NCBI GenBank assembly: GCA_031366425.1
Contig: JANLZV010000361.1
Span: forward strand, 1 to 39,706
Reading direction: 5' to 3'
DNA: 39,706 bases
From: Pyrinomonadaceae bacterium
GTDB lineage: Bacteria > Acidobacteriota > Blastocatellia > Pyrinomonadales > Pyrinomonadaceae
Positions 9,860-18,346 of this stretch are shown in pieces. Every line of letters begins with the position of its first letter. Position 1 is the first letter of the stretch. Position numbers and translations under genes: made by a program. The notes under the pieces were generated by a model. That model did no database searches. It worked only from the letters and a program-made list of their open reading frames with translations, and was not told where the DNA came from.

Positions 9860-9876
9860 TCTGGTTACGCGAGGTT

Positions 9877-11271
9877 CTACTTCGTGGCCTTCCCAGGCTT
9901 CGCGGCCTTTGCCGGTGATTCGCCGAAAGCAAAAAGGTGGTTAATCCCCCGGACGACAAACATCCCACTGGTCATCGCGGGCGTCGCCATCATTACTTCC
10001 CCGACTGGATTCGTGGCCAACAGTTCATACTTCTGCCCGGCCTTGACCACAAACACGTCGCCATCTTCGCTCGATAAGTAAATCTTGCCGTCCGAAGCAA
10101 TCGGGGAAGCCGTAAACGCGCCGCCCTTTCCTCCCAACCGTTCCTGATAAACGCGCTCGCCCGTCTTTGCGTTGTACGCGGTGAAGACGCCCTGATTGGA
10201 ACAGGTGTAGAGATAATCGCCGTAGACGATGGGTGTCGGCATGTACGGCCCACCGCGCTGTTTGCTCCAGGCGATGAACTCGTTTGAATCCTTACCGTCT
10301 TTCAGCGAGATGTCGCCGTGCGCCCCGGGCCTGATCGCATAGATTGGCTGGATGGGAGCATAGCCGCTGGTAACGAAAATCAGATCATGGGCCACGAACG
10401 GAGTGGGCGTGGTGATTTCAGAGTTTGGCGAAAGTCGCCACAATTCTTTTCCGGTAAGCGGTTCGTAACCGCGAATCGCCTTCGAACCATTGACGATGAG
10501 TTCGGCCCGCGTCTTTCCTTCGTAGACCGTCGGAGTTCCCCACGACGAAACTTCATCACGATCGGTTTTCCAAACCTGTTTGCCACTCTTGATGTCGTAG
10601 GCGGCGATGTACGAATTTTTCTGCACGTCAGCCTGGATGATCACGAGATTCTTGTAGATGATTGGCGAGCTGCCGTGTTCCCACTGGTAGTCAGGATCGT
10701 AAAACCAACCTGAGTCGAGCAAACCGAGATCTTGTTTCCAGAGCAGCTTGCCGTTGAGGGTGTAGCAGTAGAGACCTTCGGAACCAAAGAGCGCTACGAG
10801 ATACTTGCCGTCGGTTACGGGGGTCGAGTCGGCGTGCGTCGATTTCGGATGACGCTTGACCTTGGGGATTCCTTCGGCTGCGATCCGCTCCCACAGGATT
10901 TTTCCAGTTTGACTGTCTAACGCATAGACCTTCCACGTGTGTTTTGGATCGTCTTTGACCGGGGCCACGTCGCCATAGAGTCCGTAACGCGTTTCATCTT
11001 TTGCGCCGCTGGTTACGGCGGTGGTGACGAAAATTTTGTTGCCCCAGGTTACCGGGCTTGAGTGGCCGAGGCCCGGAATCGCCGTCTTCCATTTGAGATT
11101 CGTGGCCTTCTCCGCGTTCCAACTGGCGGGCGCCGGGCCCGTTTCCGAAACTCCAGCCGCGCCGGGCCCGCGAAACTGCGGCCAGTTCGTTTGCGAATAA
11201 CCAGAACCGGCTGCCGCTGTCACGACAATGAGGAAAAACAAAGTGCGGGTCAAAAATGAATTCCAACTCAT
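9877..11271 (-). CDS. Exported PQQ_2/BamB-like beta-propeller protein (paralogue 4)
   Basis: The track ORF starts at TTG 11298. ATG 11271 is preceded by ggagaaaacagc (SD). Signal peptide MSWNSFLTRTLFFLIVVTAAAGSGYSQ, then TNWPQFRGPGAAG. Blade motifs VYALDSQTGKILW, IAAYDIKSGKQVW, IRGYEPLTGKELW, FTAYNAKTGERVY. Confidence 0.88.
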   Translation of the reverse strand: MSWNSFLTRTLFFLIVVTAAAGSGYSQTNWPQFRGPGAAGVSETGPAPASWNAEKATNLKWKTAIPGLGHSSPVTWGNKIFVTTAVTSGAKDETRYGLYGDVAPVKDDPKHTWKVYALDSQTGKILWERIAAEGIPKVKRHPKSTHADSTPVTDGKYLVALFGSEGLYCYTLNGKLLWKQDLGLLDSGWFYDPDYQWEHGSSPIIYKNLVIIQADVQKNSYIAAYDIKSGKQVWKTDRDEVSSWGTPTVYEGKTRAELIVNGSKAIRGYEPLTGKELWRLSPNSEITTPTPFVAHDLIFVTSGYAPIQPIYAIRPGAHGDISLKDGKDSNEFIAWSKQRGGPYMPTPIVYGDYLYTCSNQGVFTAYNAKTGERVYQERLGGKGGAFTASPIASDGKIYLSSEDGDVFVVKAGQKYELLATNPVGEVMMATPAMTSGMFVVRGINHLFAFGESPAKAAKPGKATK

Positions 11272-11334
11272 GCTGTTTTCTCCAAGTCCGTTAGCCAAAC
11301 TGCCCGAAGGTCTAGTAGCAATTCAAAATGGCGT

Positions 11335-13422
11335 TCAGTTGCCGCCTTCCTTCTTCTCGTCTTTCTTCGCGTCCTTTTCATCCTTCTTTGGCAGCGGCTG
11401 GTTTGCCAGGTCTGGCAGCGCATCGCCCCACAGATAATGATTAAACCAAACCAGGTTGTGGCTCATCACGGCCCGCATCGCTCGCGGCTTATTAATCCCG
11501 TGACCAAAACCCTTGTAGACGATCATCTCGGTCTTCACCCCACGATCCTCGAGCCCCTGCCGCAATTCATACGCGTTTGCAATCGGCACGCGCCGATCGA
11601 GTTCGCCGTGCTGAATCAGTGTCGGCGTACGCGCTTTCATGATGTAAGACATCGGCGACGTCTTCTGATAGATCTCCGGATCTGCTGCCGGATCTTTGCC
11701 GAGGTAATTAATCGTGAATGGAGTGATGTCGGTGTTGTAGTAATACGTGGCCCAGTTGGAAATTCCCGCGCCCACCGAGATGGCTTTGAACCGATCCGAG
11801 CCCGCGGTCAGGAATGCCGAGATATATCCGCCCTGGCTCCAGCCCATGCAGGCCACCCGCTCCGGATCGACCATTCCCTTAGTCACCAAATATTCTACGC
11901 CGCTCAAAACGTCCCACGCGTCGCCAATCCCGAGGTTGCGCAGGTTAAGTTGGCGAAACTTTTCACCATAGCCGGCACTGCCGCGGTAGTTCACTTTTAG
12001 GATCAGGGCCCCGCGCGCTGCCCAAATGTCTGCCGGGTAATAACGCGTGTCGGGAGACAGCAACGCAGGACGATCGACGCCGGTCGGCCCACCATGAATA
12101 ATGCACAGCAGCGGATACTTTTTCGTTGAGTCAAAATCCGCCGGCTTGATCAAGACGCCTTCGATCGTCGTCCCGTCCTGGCTCTTCCATGAAATTGTTT
12201 CGCGCGTGCCGAGGACAAATTGTTTCGCTTGTGCCGTCATATTCGTGAGCGCGCGTGGCATAAAGTTGCTGACGTCCGCGAACGCGATTTCGGGAAGAGT
12301 GGTTGGTGAACTAAGACTGAACGCGAGCCGACGTCCATCGCGGGTGATCGTAAATCCGCCCGCCATCAAATCGGTGGGCCCAGAAATCCGAGTGATTTTC
12401 AGTGTCGCCGGATCGACGCGGAAAAGGTGGGAACTGGTCTTCTGCAAGCCGGTGAAGTAGACGCCGTCGGCATTCCAGTCTACAAACCCAGGCTGTTCGT
12501 CGAAACTGTCAGTGATTGAACGCGGCACGCCGCCGTCTACTGAGACGATGGCCAAACGCGAGTTGGTGTGGAAGAAAAGCGTCGCGCCCATGGCCGAGGA
12601 GAAAATGAGTTGTTTGCCGTCGGGCGACCAGCGCGGATCGTTATCGGGTCCGGGTTGGGCCACAACTTTGCGCACGGAATCGTCGCTGAGGTTCAGAACA
12701 TAAATGTCCGAAGTGCCGCCCTGGATCAAATCCGGATTTACAGTCGCGCTGAACGCGATGCGCGAACCATCGGGCGACCAAGCGGCCGAGCCCAGACTGA
12801 AGTCCTTACTCTTCGTTCGCTGCTTCCCGATGACCGGCGCGCTCAAAGCCTCAGCCACATTCATCGTCCAAAGATGCTGGTAGGTGTATTCATGCCGGAC
12901 CACTTCAAAATCGCCGAGTTGTTCTTTGCGATCTTTCATCGACTGCGGCACCGGCTCCGACGCAAGATAAGCGATCTGCTTACCGTCTTCCGACCAGGTG
13001 AAGCCGCCAATCGCAGTTTCTGATTTCGTTAACTGAATTGCCTCACCGCCATCAGGCTGAATCGCAAAAATCTGACTCTTGTCTCCAATCCGATCGCTGG
13101 TAAACGCTAGCCAGCCGCTGTCCGGCGACCAGCGTGCGTTGCCGGCAGATTTCTCGCCGCGCGTCAGTTGAAAGGTGCGGCCGGTGGCTATTTCGGCGAC
13201 CCAGATCTGGGCAACGTAGGCGTCGGCTTTGAAGTTTGTCTCGCTGACTGTGTAAGCCACCCACTTGCCGTCCGGCGAAATTCGAGGTCCACCCGCTGAC
13301 TTGATCATCAACAAGTCGTCTACAGTTGGGACGCGCGGAGAGGTTTGCGCGCTAATCGTGGTCGCAGCGAAAAAAACGATCACAATGACAAGGCTGATCC
13401 GATTGATGACTAACCGATACAT
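11335..13422 (-). CDS. S9 family serine peptidase (prolyl oligopeptidase / acylaminoacyl-peptidase type) with N-terminal TolB-like propeller
   Basis: SD ggaggag lies 9 nt before ATG 13422. Signal peptide MYRLVINRISLVIVIVFFAATTISAQ. PD40-like repeats (ISPDGKWVAYT, WSPDSGWLAFTSDR, WSPDGSRIAFS, WSPDGKQLIFSS). Catalytic triad motifs MGWSQGGYIS (Ser), IQHGELDRRVP (Asp), YKGFGHGI (His). Lys/Glu-rich C-terminal tail. Confidence 0.9.
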   Translation of the reverse strand: MYRLVINRISLVIVIVFFAATTISAQTSPRVPTVDDLLMIKSAGGPRISPDGKWVAYTVSETNFKADAYVAQIWVAEIATGRTFQLTRGEKSAGNARWSPDSGWLAFTSDRIGDKSQIFAIQPDGGEAIQLTKSETAIGGFTWSEDGKQIAYLASEPVPQSMKDRKEQLGDFEVVRHEYTYQHLWTMNVAEALSAPVIGKQRTKSKDFSLGSAAWSPDGSRIAFSATVNPDLIQGGTSDIYVLNLSDDSVRKVVAQPGPDNDPRWSPDGKQLIFSSAMGATLFFHTNSRLAIVSVDGGVPRSITDSFDEQPGFVDWNADGVYFTGLQKTSSHLFRVDPATLKITRISGPTDLMAGGFTITRDGRRLAFSLSSPTTLPEIAFADVSNFMPRALTNMTAQAKQFVLGTRETISWKSQDGTTIEGVLIKPADFDSTKKYPLLCIIHGGPTGVDRPALLSPDTRYYPADIWAARGALILKVNYRGSAGYGEKFRQLNLRNLGIGDAWDVLSGVEYLVTKGMVDPERVACMGWSQGGYISAFLTAGSDRFKAISVGAGISNWATYYYNTDITPFTINYLGKDPAADPEIYQKTSPMSYIMKARTPTLIQHGELDRRVPIANAYELRQGLEDRGVKTEMIVYKGFGHGINKPRAMRAVMSHNLVWFNHYLWGDALPDLANQPLPKKDEKDAKKDEKKEGGN

Positions 13423-13467
13423 TGGTGGAAACTCCTCCAGACAAATGTAATTGCTTTTTCGGGTGGA

Positions 13468-14316
13468 TTACTCGACCTTCTTAAACACTTGGACATTCGC
13501 TCCCTGCTTGAGCGTGAACCCGATAACCTTTCCGGCGTCAAGGTTCATTGTGATCACGAGCCCGTCGAAGGCAGTGGGCCGAAAAGTGATCTTGTCGACT
13601 GGGATCAAAGCGAGCGCCTGTTGGCCGGTAGGAGTGGCAGACAGTTTGCCGTCTTTGAGACTGATGGCGATTTCGAAACCCTGTTCGTTTTTGTATTTGG
13701 CGACGTACGATTGCAGCGTGGCCGCGTCAACCTCCAGCAGCGGCACGGCCCCGGCCTTCTTCAACATTTCTATGATCGCTGCTTTTTTCTGAACGCCGTT
13801 TTCTGCAATCTGAGCCGCTGACAAAGTTTCGCCGCTGACCGCGGCCAGCGCGGCTGATAACGTTTCCGGCTTTGCGCCACCGCGCGCCAGCGCCACTTCG
13901 ATCAGGGCCACGTTTCCTTCCCTGACTCCAGTCATCAAAACATCGTCAACGCCTTTCGAATCTTTTTCGAGCAGCGCGCGTACCACCTCGACATGTTTCT
14001 TGTCGAGTGCCCAGGTCATCGCGGTCGCGTGATAAAAAGTGTCTTCGACACTCGGGTCCGCACCGCGCGCCAGCAGCACCTTGACGACCTCGATGTGTCC
14101 GCGTTCCGCCGCTTTGAAAAGCGCAGTCGCGCCGTAACGAAACTTCGCGTTAACCTCCGCGCCTTTATCAAGCAAAGCGGTTACAGCGGAGGCGTTGCCG
14201 TTGCGGGCCGCTTCCCAAAGTTGATCGTTTAGTTCCTGCTTCGTGTTTTGTGCGCTTGCCGCGGTCGGAATGATCACTAGCAAGAGCAGAAAAAATGTCA
14301 TCGTCCTGCACTTCAT
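13468..14316 (-). CDS. Secreted ankyrin-repeat protein with an extra C-terminal beta-rich domain
   Basis: SD ggagggg precedes ATG 14316. Signal peptide MKCRTMTFFLLLLVIIPTAASAQ. ANK repeats (GNASAVTALLDKGAEVNA, GATALFKAAERGHIEVVKVLLARGADPS, ATAMTWALDKKHVEVVRALLEK, VREGNVALIEVALARGG). The C-terminal ~90 aa (LQSYVAKYKNEQGFEIAISLKDGKLSATPTG...ITFRPTAFDGLVITMNLDAGKVIGFTL) resemble the DUF3471-type domain found after beta-lactamase-like hydrolases (tentative). Confidence 0.85.
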   Translation of the reverse strand: MKCRTMTFFLLLLVIIPTAASAQNTKQELNDQLWEAARNGNASAVTALLDKGAEVNAKFRYGATALFKAAERGHIEVVKVLLARGADPSVEDTFYHATAMTWALDKKHVEVVRALLEKDSKGVDDVLMTGVREGNVALIEVALARGGAKPETLSAALAAVSGETLSAAQIAENGVQKKAAIIEMLKKAGAVPLLEVDAATLQSYVAKYKNEQGFEIAISLKDGKLSATPTGQQALALIPVDKITFRPTAFDGLVITMNLDAGKVIGFTLKQGANVQVFKKVE

Positions 14317-14411
14317 TGAAACCCCTCCAAGCTTTTGGGAGTACCACAGTCGATGTTAAATTCGTCTGGTAAAGATTTCGACGTTTTTGAAACCGGGATT
14401 ACTGCAACGCG

Positions 14412-14425
14412 AGAATACGTATTCT
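14412..14425. promoter_or_regulatory. Perfect 14-bp palindrome in a divergent promoter region (candidate operator)
   Basis: agaatacgtattct is its own reverse complement. It lies between the divergent starts at 14316 (-) and 14549 (+). Confidence 0.3.
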
Positions 14426-14548
14426 ACATCTTTAGGGTTGCGCGTGGGCAGTCTTTTATTAAGGCAAACTGTGCGGTTGCGCGCCTGGCAACCTGAAAGA
14501 TTGCTTTACAGCAGCGCTTCACCCAGCCGGGTGTATTGGAAATCCAAA

Positions 14549-16750
14549 ATGACTAAACCTCTTTCCACTTTTTTGAATTCAGTCCTGTTGCTCGCGCTAC
14601 TCGCGACGACAATTTCGGTGGCCGTTGCGAGCGATTGGGCCGAGTGGCGCGGGCCGGCGCGCGATGGCGTCTCTCATGAAAAAGGACTCCCGGCGAAGTG
14701 GTCTCCTACCGGCGACAACCTCGCCTGGAAAGTTCCTTACGGTGGCCGCTCGGCGCCTATCGTAATGGGCGATCGCGTCTATCTGCAGAACACCGCGGGC
14801 AAGGGCGAGCTAGAACAGGAACGCGTGATGTGTTTCAACGCCGCCAACGGAAAACTTTTATGGGAACATCGTTTCAACGTTTACCTTAGCGACGTGCCGC
14901 CGCATCGGGTCGGCTGGGCTTCGCCGGTCGGTGATCCGTCGAGCGGTAATATTTATGTTTTCGGCGTAGGCGGAAACTTGATTGGCCTCGCGCGCGACGG
15001 GAAAGTTTTATGGGAACGTTCGCTCGGTGAAGATTTTGGGCTGTTGACTACGCATGGAGGCCGCACGGTTTCGCCGATCATCGATGGCGATCTGGTAATC
15101 GTCAGTGGCGTAACTTTTCAATGGGGCCAACACGCTCGCGGCGCGCACCGGTTCATGGCCTTTGACAAGCGAACTGGCGAAACAGTTTGGATTAGCGCGC
15201 CGGGCGGACGACCCTACGACACCACTTACGCCGCGCCGATCATCGCCAACGTTAACGGCATGCGCCTGCTGATTCAGGGCGCCAGCGATGGCGTGGTCCA
15301 TGCGATCAAACCGCAAACCGGAGAGCCGGTTTGGAAGTATGAAATCAGCAAGCGCGGGTTGAACACCGCCGTGGTGGTCCATGGCACTACCGCAATCCTG
15401 ACGCACAGCGAAGAGAACCTCGATTCAAACGAGATGGGCATGATGGTAGCGGTAGACGCCGGGTCGAAGGGCGAGATCAAGAAAGACCAGACGAAATGGA
15501 GCGTCTATGGCTGGCAGGGTGGATTCTCTTCTCCCGTGCTTGATGGCGACCGTCTCTATCAGGTAGACAACGGCGCCAACATCGCCGCCTTCGACGTAGC
15601 TAACGGAAAGCAGCTTTGGTTGCAAAACCTCGGCACGATTCAGAAAGCTTCGCCCGTCTTCGCCGATGGCAAACTTTATGTAGGAACAGAGAACGGCAAA
15701 TTTTTTATCCTCGAACCGTCAGCGACTGGCGTAAAAATTCTTGACGAAGATCAACTCGGCACTGCCCAACTGCCGGAACCGATTATTGCATCAGTCGCGG
15801 TTTCCAACGGTCGCGTTTTCGTTGCTAGTGATTCCAATCTTTACGCAATCGGGAAGAAAAGCACTGCCGTCGCGCACCAACCAACTCCCGCCTCGCCGCT
15901 AATGGATCCGACTGCGACCGTCGCGCATGTACATGTAGTCCCGACTGAGCTGATTCTCAAACCGGGCGATAAGGTGAACTTCCGGGTGCGCCTGTTCGAC
16001 GACAAAGGAAACTTTATTCGCGAAGAGAAAGCCGCCACGTGGATACTCGACAGTCTCAAAGGCACGTTGGCCGATGGACAATTCGTCGCCTCGACCGAGG
16101 CAATCGTTCAGGCTGGTCTGGTGAAAGCAACTATTGGAGGTGTCACTGGTTCCGCGAGCGTGCGTGTTTTCCCGCCGCTGCCCTGGAGTGAAAACTTTGA
16201 TGCTTTTGCCGCCAGCGCGATTCCGCCTTCCTGGGTTAACACGACGCCAAAGTTTGTCGTGAGAGAATTGGCCGGGAACAAAGTGCTGGTCAAGACTACT
16301 GAAGGCTCTTCCTTAGCGAGCCGCGCCCGGGCTTACTTTGGGCCGTCGAATTTTTCGAACTACACAGTGGAAGGCGATGTCTTTGCGACGATGAAACGCC
16401 GGCAACAAGGCGATGCCGGGGTGATTGCGCAACGTTATGTGCTGGCGCTTTACGGCAACAGTCAAAAGCTGCATCTTGAGCCGTGGCAACCGGAAACTGC
16501 GCGCACGGTTACAATTCCCTTTGCCTGGAAGCCCGACACCTGGTATCGGCTGAAACTGCAAGTTGAAAATTTGCCTGATGGAAAAGTGCGCGCGCGCGGC
16601 AAGGTCTGGCCGGCCGGCGAGAGTGAACCTGCTGAGTGGATGGTGGAGCGCATCGATCCCATTCCAAATCGCCAGGGAGCGCCGGGAATTTTCGGCAACG
16701 CGTTGGCGGAAATCTATTTTGATAATTTGAAGGTATATTCAAACAAATGA
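14549..16750 (+). CDS. Exported PQQ_2/BamB-like beta-propeller fused to an Ig-like domain and a lectin/glucanase-like jelly-roll domain (paralogue 5)
   Basis: The track ORF starts at TTG 14387. ATG 14549 gives the signal peptide MTKPLSTFLNSVLLLALLATTISVAVA, then SDWAEWRGPARDG. Blade motifs VMCFNAANGKLLW, FMAFDKRTGETVW, VHAIKPQTGEPVW, IAAFDVANGKQLW. A Big_2-like segment follows (VHVVPTELILKPGDKVNFRVRLFDDKGNFI...GLVKATIGGVTGSASVRV). Then a ~190-aa domain ending EIYFDNLKVYSNK that looks LamG/DUF1080-like (tentative). Confidence 0.8.
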   Translation: MTKPLSTFLNSVLLLALLATTISVAVASDWAEWRGPARDGVSHEKGLPAKWSPTGDNLAWKVPYGGRSAPIVMGDRVYLQNTAGKGELEQERVMCFNAANGKLLWEHRFNVYLSDVPPHRVGWASPVGDPSSGNIYVFGVGGNLIGLARDGKVLWERSLGEDFGLLTTHGGRTVSPIIDGDLVIVSGVTFQWGQHARGAHRFMAFDKRTGETVWISAPGGRPYDTTYAAPIIANVNGMRLLIQGASDGVVHAIKPQTGEPVWKYEISKRGLNTAVVVHGTTAILTHSEENLDSNEMGMMVAVDAGSKGEIKKDQTKWSVYGWQGGFSSPVLDGDRLYQVDNGANIAAFDVANGKQLWLQNLGTIQKASPVFADGKLYVGTENGKFFILEPSATGVKILDEDQLGTAQLPEPIIASVAVSNGRVFVASDSNLYAIGKKSTAVAHQPTPASPLMDPTATVAHVHVVPTELILKPGDKVNFRVRLFDDKGNFIREEKAATWILDSLKGTLADGQFVASTEAIVQAGLVKATIGGVTGSASVRVFPPLPWSENFDAFAASAIPPSWVNTTPKFVVRELAGNKVLVKTTEGSSLASRARAYFGPSNFSNYTVEGDVFATMKRRQQGDAGVIAQRYVLALYGNSQKLHLEPWQPETARTVTIPFAWKPDTWYRLKLQVENLPDGKVRARGKVWPAGESEPAEWMVERIDPIPNRQGAPGIFGNALAEIYFDNLKVYSNK

Positions 16751-18255
16751 AAAATACAGTTGTTAGACAGAAGTCAGAATTCAGAAGTCGCCGGGCAGTT
16801 GTTATGGTGCGGAAAACATTTGGCAAGACCGTGTTCCTTGGTCTGCTTCTGTCTTCTGTCTTCTGGCTTCTGACTTCTCCCACGGCTGCTTCCGATCCCG
16901 GCACCGCTGACTGGCCCATGTGGGGCGGCACCGCAGATCGGAACATGATTTCAAACATGAAGGGCCTACCAATCAACTGGGATGTTAAAACCAAAAAGAA
17001 CGTGAAGTGGGTGGCCCAACTCGGCTCGCAGAGTTACGGCAACGCCGTCGTCTCAGGCGGGATGGTGTTTGTCGGGACCAACAATGAAGGACTGCGCGAT
17101 CCCAAAGTCACCGGCGACAAGGGTGTGGTAATGGCCTTCCGTGAATCCGATGGCGAGTTTATGTGGCAGATGGTCCATGACAAGCTGGTCGCTGGTCGAG
17201 TTAACGATTGGCCGTATCAGGGAGTGGCCTCGTCGCCATACGTTGACGGCGATCGGCTTTATTACGTTTCCAACCGCGCTGAACTCGTCTGTCTGGACAC
17301 CCAGGGTTTTCGCGACAAGGAGAACGATGGACCAGTAACAGATGAAAAGTTGACTGGGGATTTTAACGGAGACGTGGTCTGGCGCTTCGACATGATCGAG
17401 GAAGTTGGGTCCCTGCCGCACAACCTCGCGAATTCATCGCCCGTTTCGTACGGCGATTTGATTTTCATCAGCACCTCAAACGGACAGGATGAAAGCCACG
17501 TTAACGTGCCTTCGCCGAAAGCTCCTTCGATCATTGCGATCAATAAGAAGACCGGGAAACTCGCGTGGGAAGACAACTCCGTTCAGGAACGCATCCTGCA
17601 CGGGCAATGGTCTTCGCCCACGGTGGGGACGATTGGCGGCGTGGTGCAGGTTATTCACGGGCAGGGCGACGGGTGGATTCGCGGCTACGAGGCCCTCACC
17701 GGAAAGAAGCTTTGGGAGTTTGATCTGAATCCAAAAGATTCGGTTTGGCCCAAGACCCGCAACGAAGTGATCAGCACGCCGGTTGTTTACGAAGAGAAGG
17801 TGTATATCGCCAACGGCCAGGATCCGGAGCACGGCGAAGGCGTGGGCCACATGTATTGTATCGATCCCACGAAGCGCGGCGACATCACCAAGACCGGACT
17901 GGTGTGGCACTACGACAAAATACGCCGTTCCATTTCCACGCCCGCGATTAAGGACGGAGTTGTTTACGAGTCCGACTTCAGCGGCTTTCTGCACGCACTC
18001 GATGCCAAAACCGGGCAGGTACTTTGGGTTCACGATCTCTTCGCGGCAGTTTGGGGTTCACCGCTGCTGGTTGATGGCAAAATATATCTCGGCGACGAAG
18101 ACGGCGACGTGGTGATTATGCAGGAAGGCAAAACCAAAAAAGTGATCGCTGAAATCAACATGGGCAGTTCGGTGTATTCGACCGCCGTTCCGGCTAACGG
18201 CACGCTCTATATCACCAACCGCAATCAACTTTACGCGCTCGCGGAAAAGAAATAG
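16747..18255 (+). CDS. Exported PQQ_2/BamB-like beta-propeller protein (paralogue 6)
   Basis: ATG 16747 overlaps the upstream stop (ATGA, 16747..16750). An alternative ATG at 16804 gives MVRKTFGKTVFLGLLLSSVFWLLTSPTAAS. Then ADWPMWGGTADRN and blade motifs VMAFRESDGEFMW, IIAINKKTGKLAW, IRGYEALTGKKLW, LHALDAKTGQVLW. Confidence 0.85.
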   Translation: MKNTVVRQKSEFRSRRAVVMVRKTFGKTVFLGLLLSSVFWLLTSPTAASDPGTADWPMWGGTADRNMISNMKGLPINWDVKTKKNVKWVAQLGSQSYGNAVVSGGMVFVGTNNEGLRDPKVTGDKGVVMAFRESDGEFMWQMVHDKLVAGRVNDWPYQGVASSPYVDGDRLYYVSNRAELVCLDTQGFRDKENDGPVTDEKLTGDFNGDVVWRFDMIEEVGSLPHNLANSSPVSYGDLIFISTSNGQDESHVNVPSPKAPSIIAINKKTGKLAWEDNSVQERILHGQWSSPTVGTIGGVVQVIHGQGDGWIRGYEALTGKKLWEFDLNPKDSVWPKTRNEVISTPVVYEEKVYIANGQDPEHGEGVGHMYCIDPTKRGDITKTGLVWHYDKIRRSISTPAIKDGVVYESDFSGFLHALDAKTGQVLWVHDLFAAVWGSPLLVDGKIYLGDEDGDVVIMQEGKTKKVIAEINMGSSVYSTAVPANGTLYITNRNQLYALAEKK

Positions 18256-18346
18256 ACGCTCGATCTATAGCCCAAGTCGGCAGCGCCTGATCGTAGAGGC
18301 CGAACCGCGAATCCGACCGTCAGGAAAGGCCCAGTTTTCTCCTTTC

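Noticed and set aside
9735-9968. 77-aa minus-strand ORF spanning the intergenic repeat
   Set aside because: It reads straight through the 21-bp inverted repeat and into the 3' end of the neighbouring gene. Its sequence (GRPRPLEQRFRLRL...AGEGARGP) is what a GC-rich REP hairpin translates to, not a protein.
14476-14496. Sigma-54-like tggcaa...ttgct upstream of paralogue 5. Other TGGCAC words: 32385 region (intergenic), 33811 and 33961 regions (inside the kinase gene), 36841 region (inside the HTH gene)
   Set aside because: The GG-to-GC spacing is 16 nt at 14476 (12 nt is required), and the others lack the TTGC element at the right distance. No credible -24/-12 promoter was found in the window.
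16509-16994. 161-aa minus-strand ORF spanning the paralogue 5/6 junction
   Set aside because: It is antisense to two well-supported CDS and crosses their ATGA junction. Part of it is the translated REP-like repeat.
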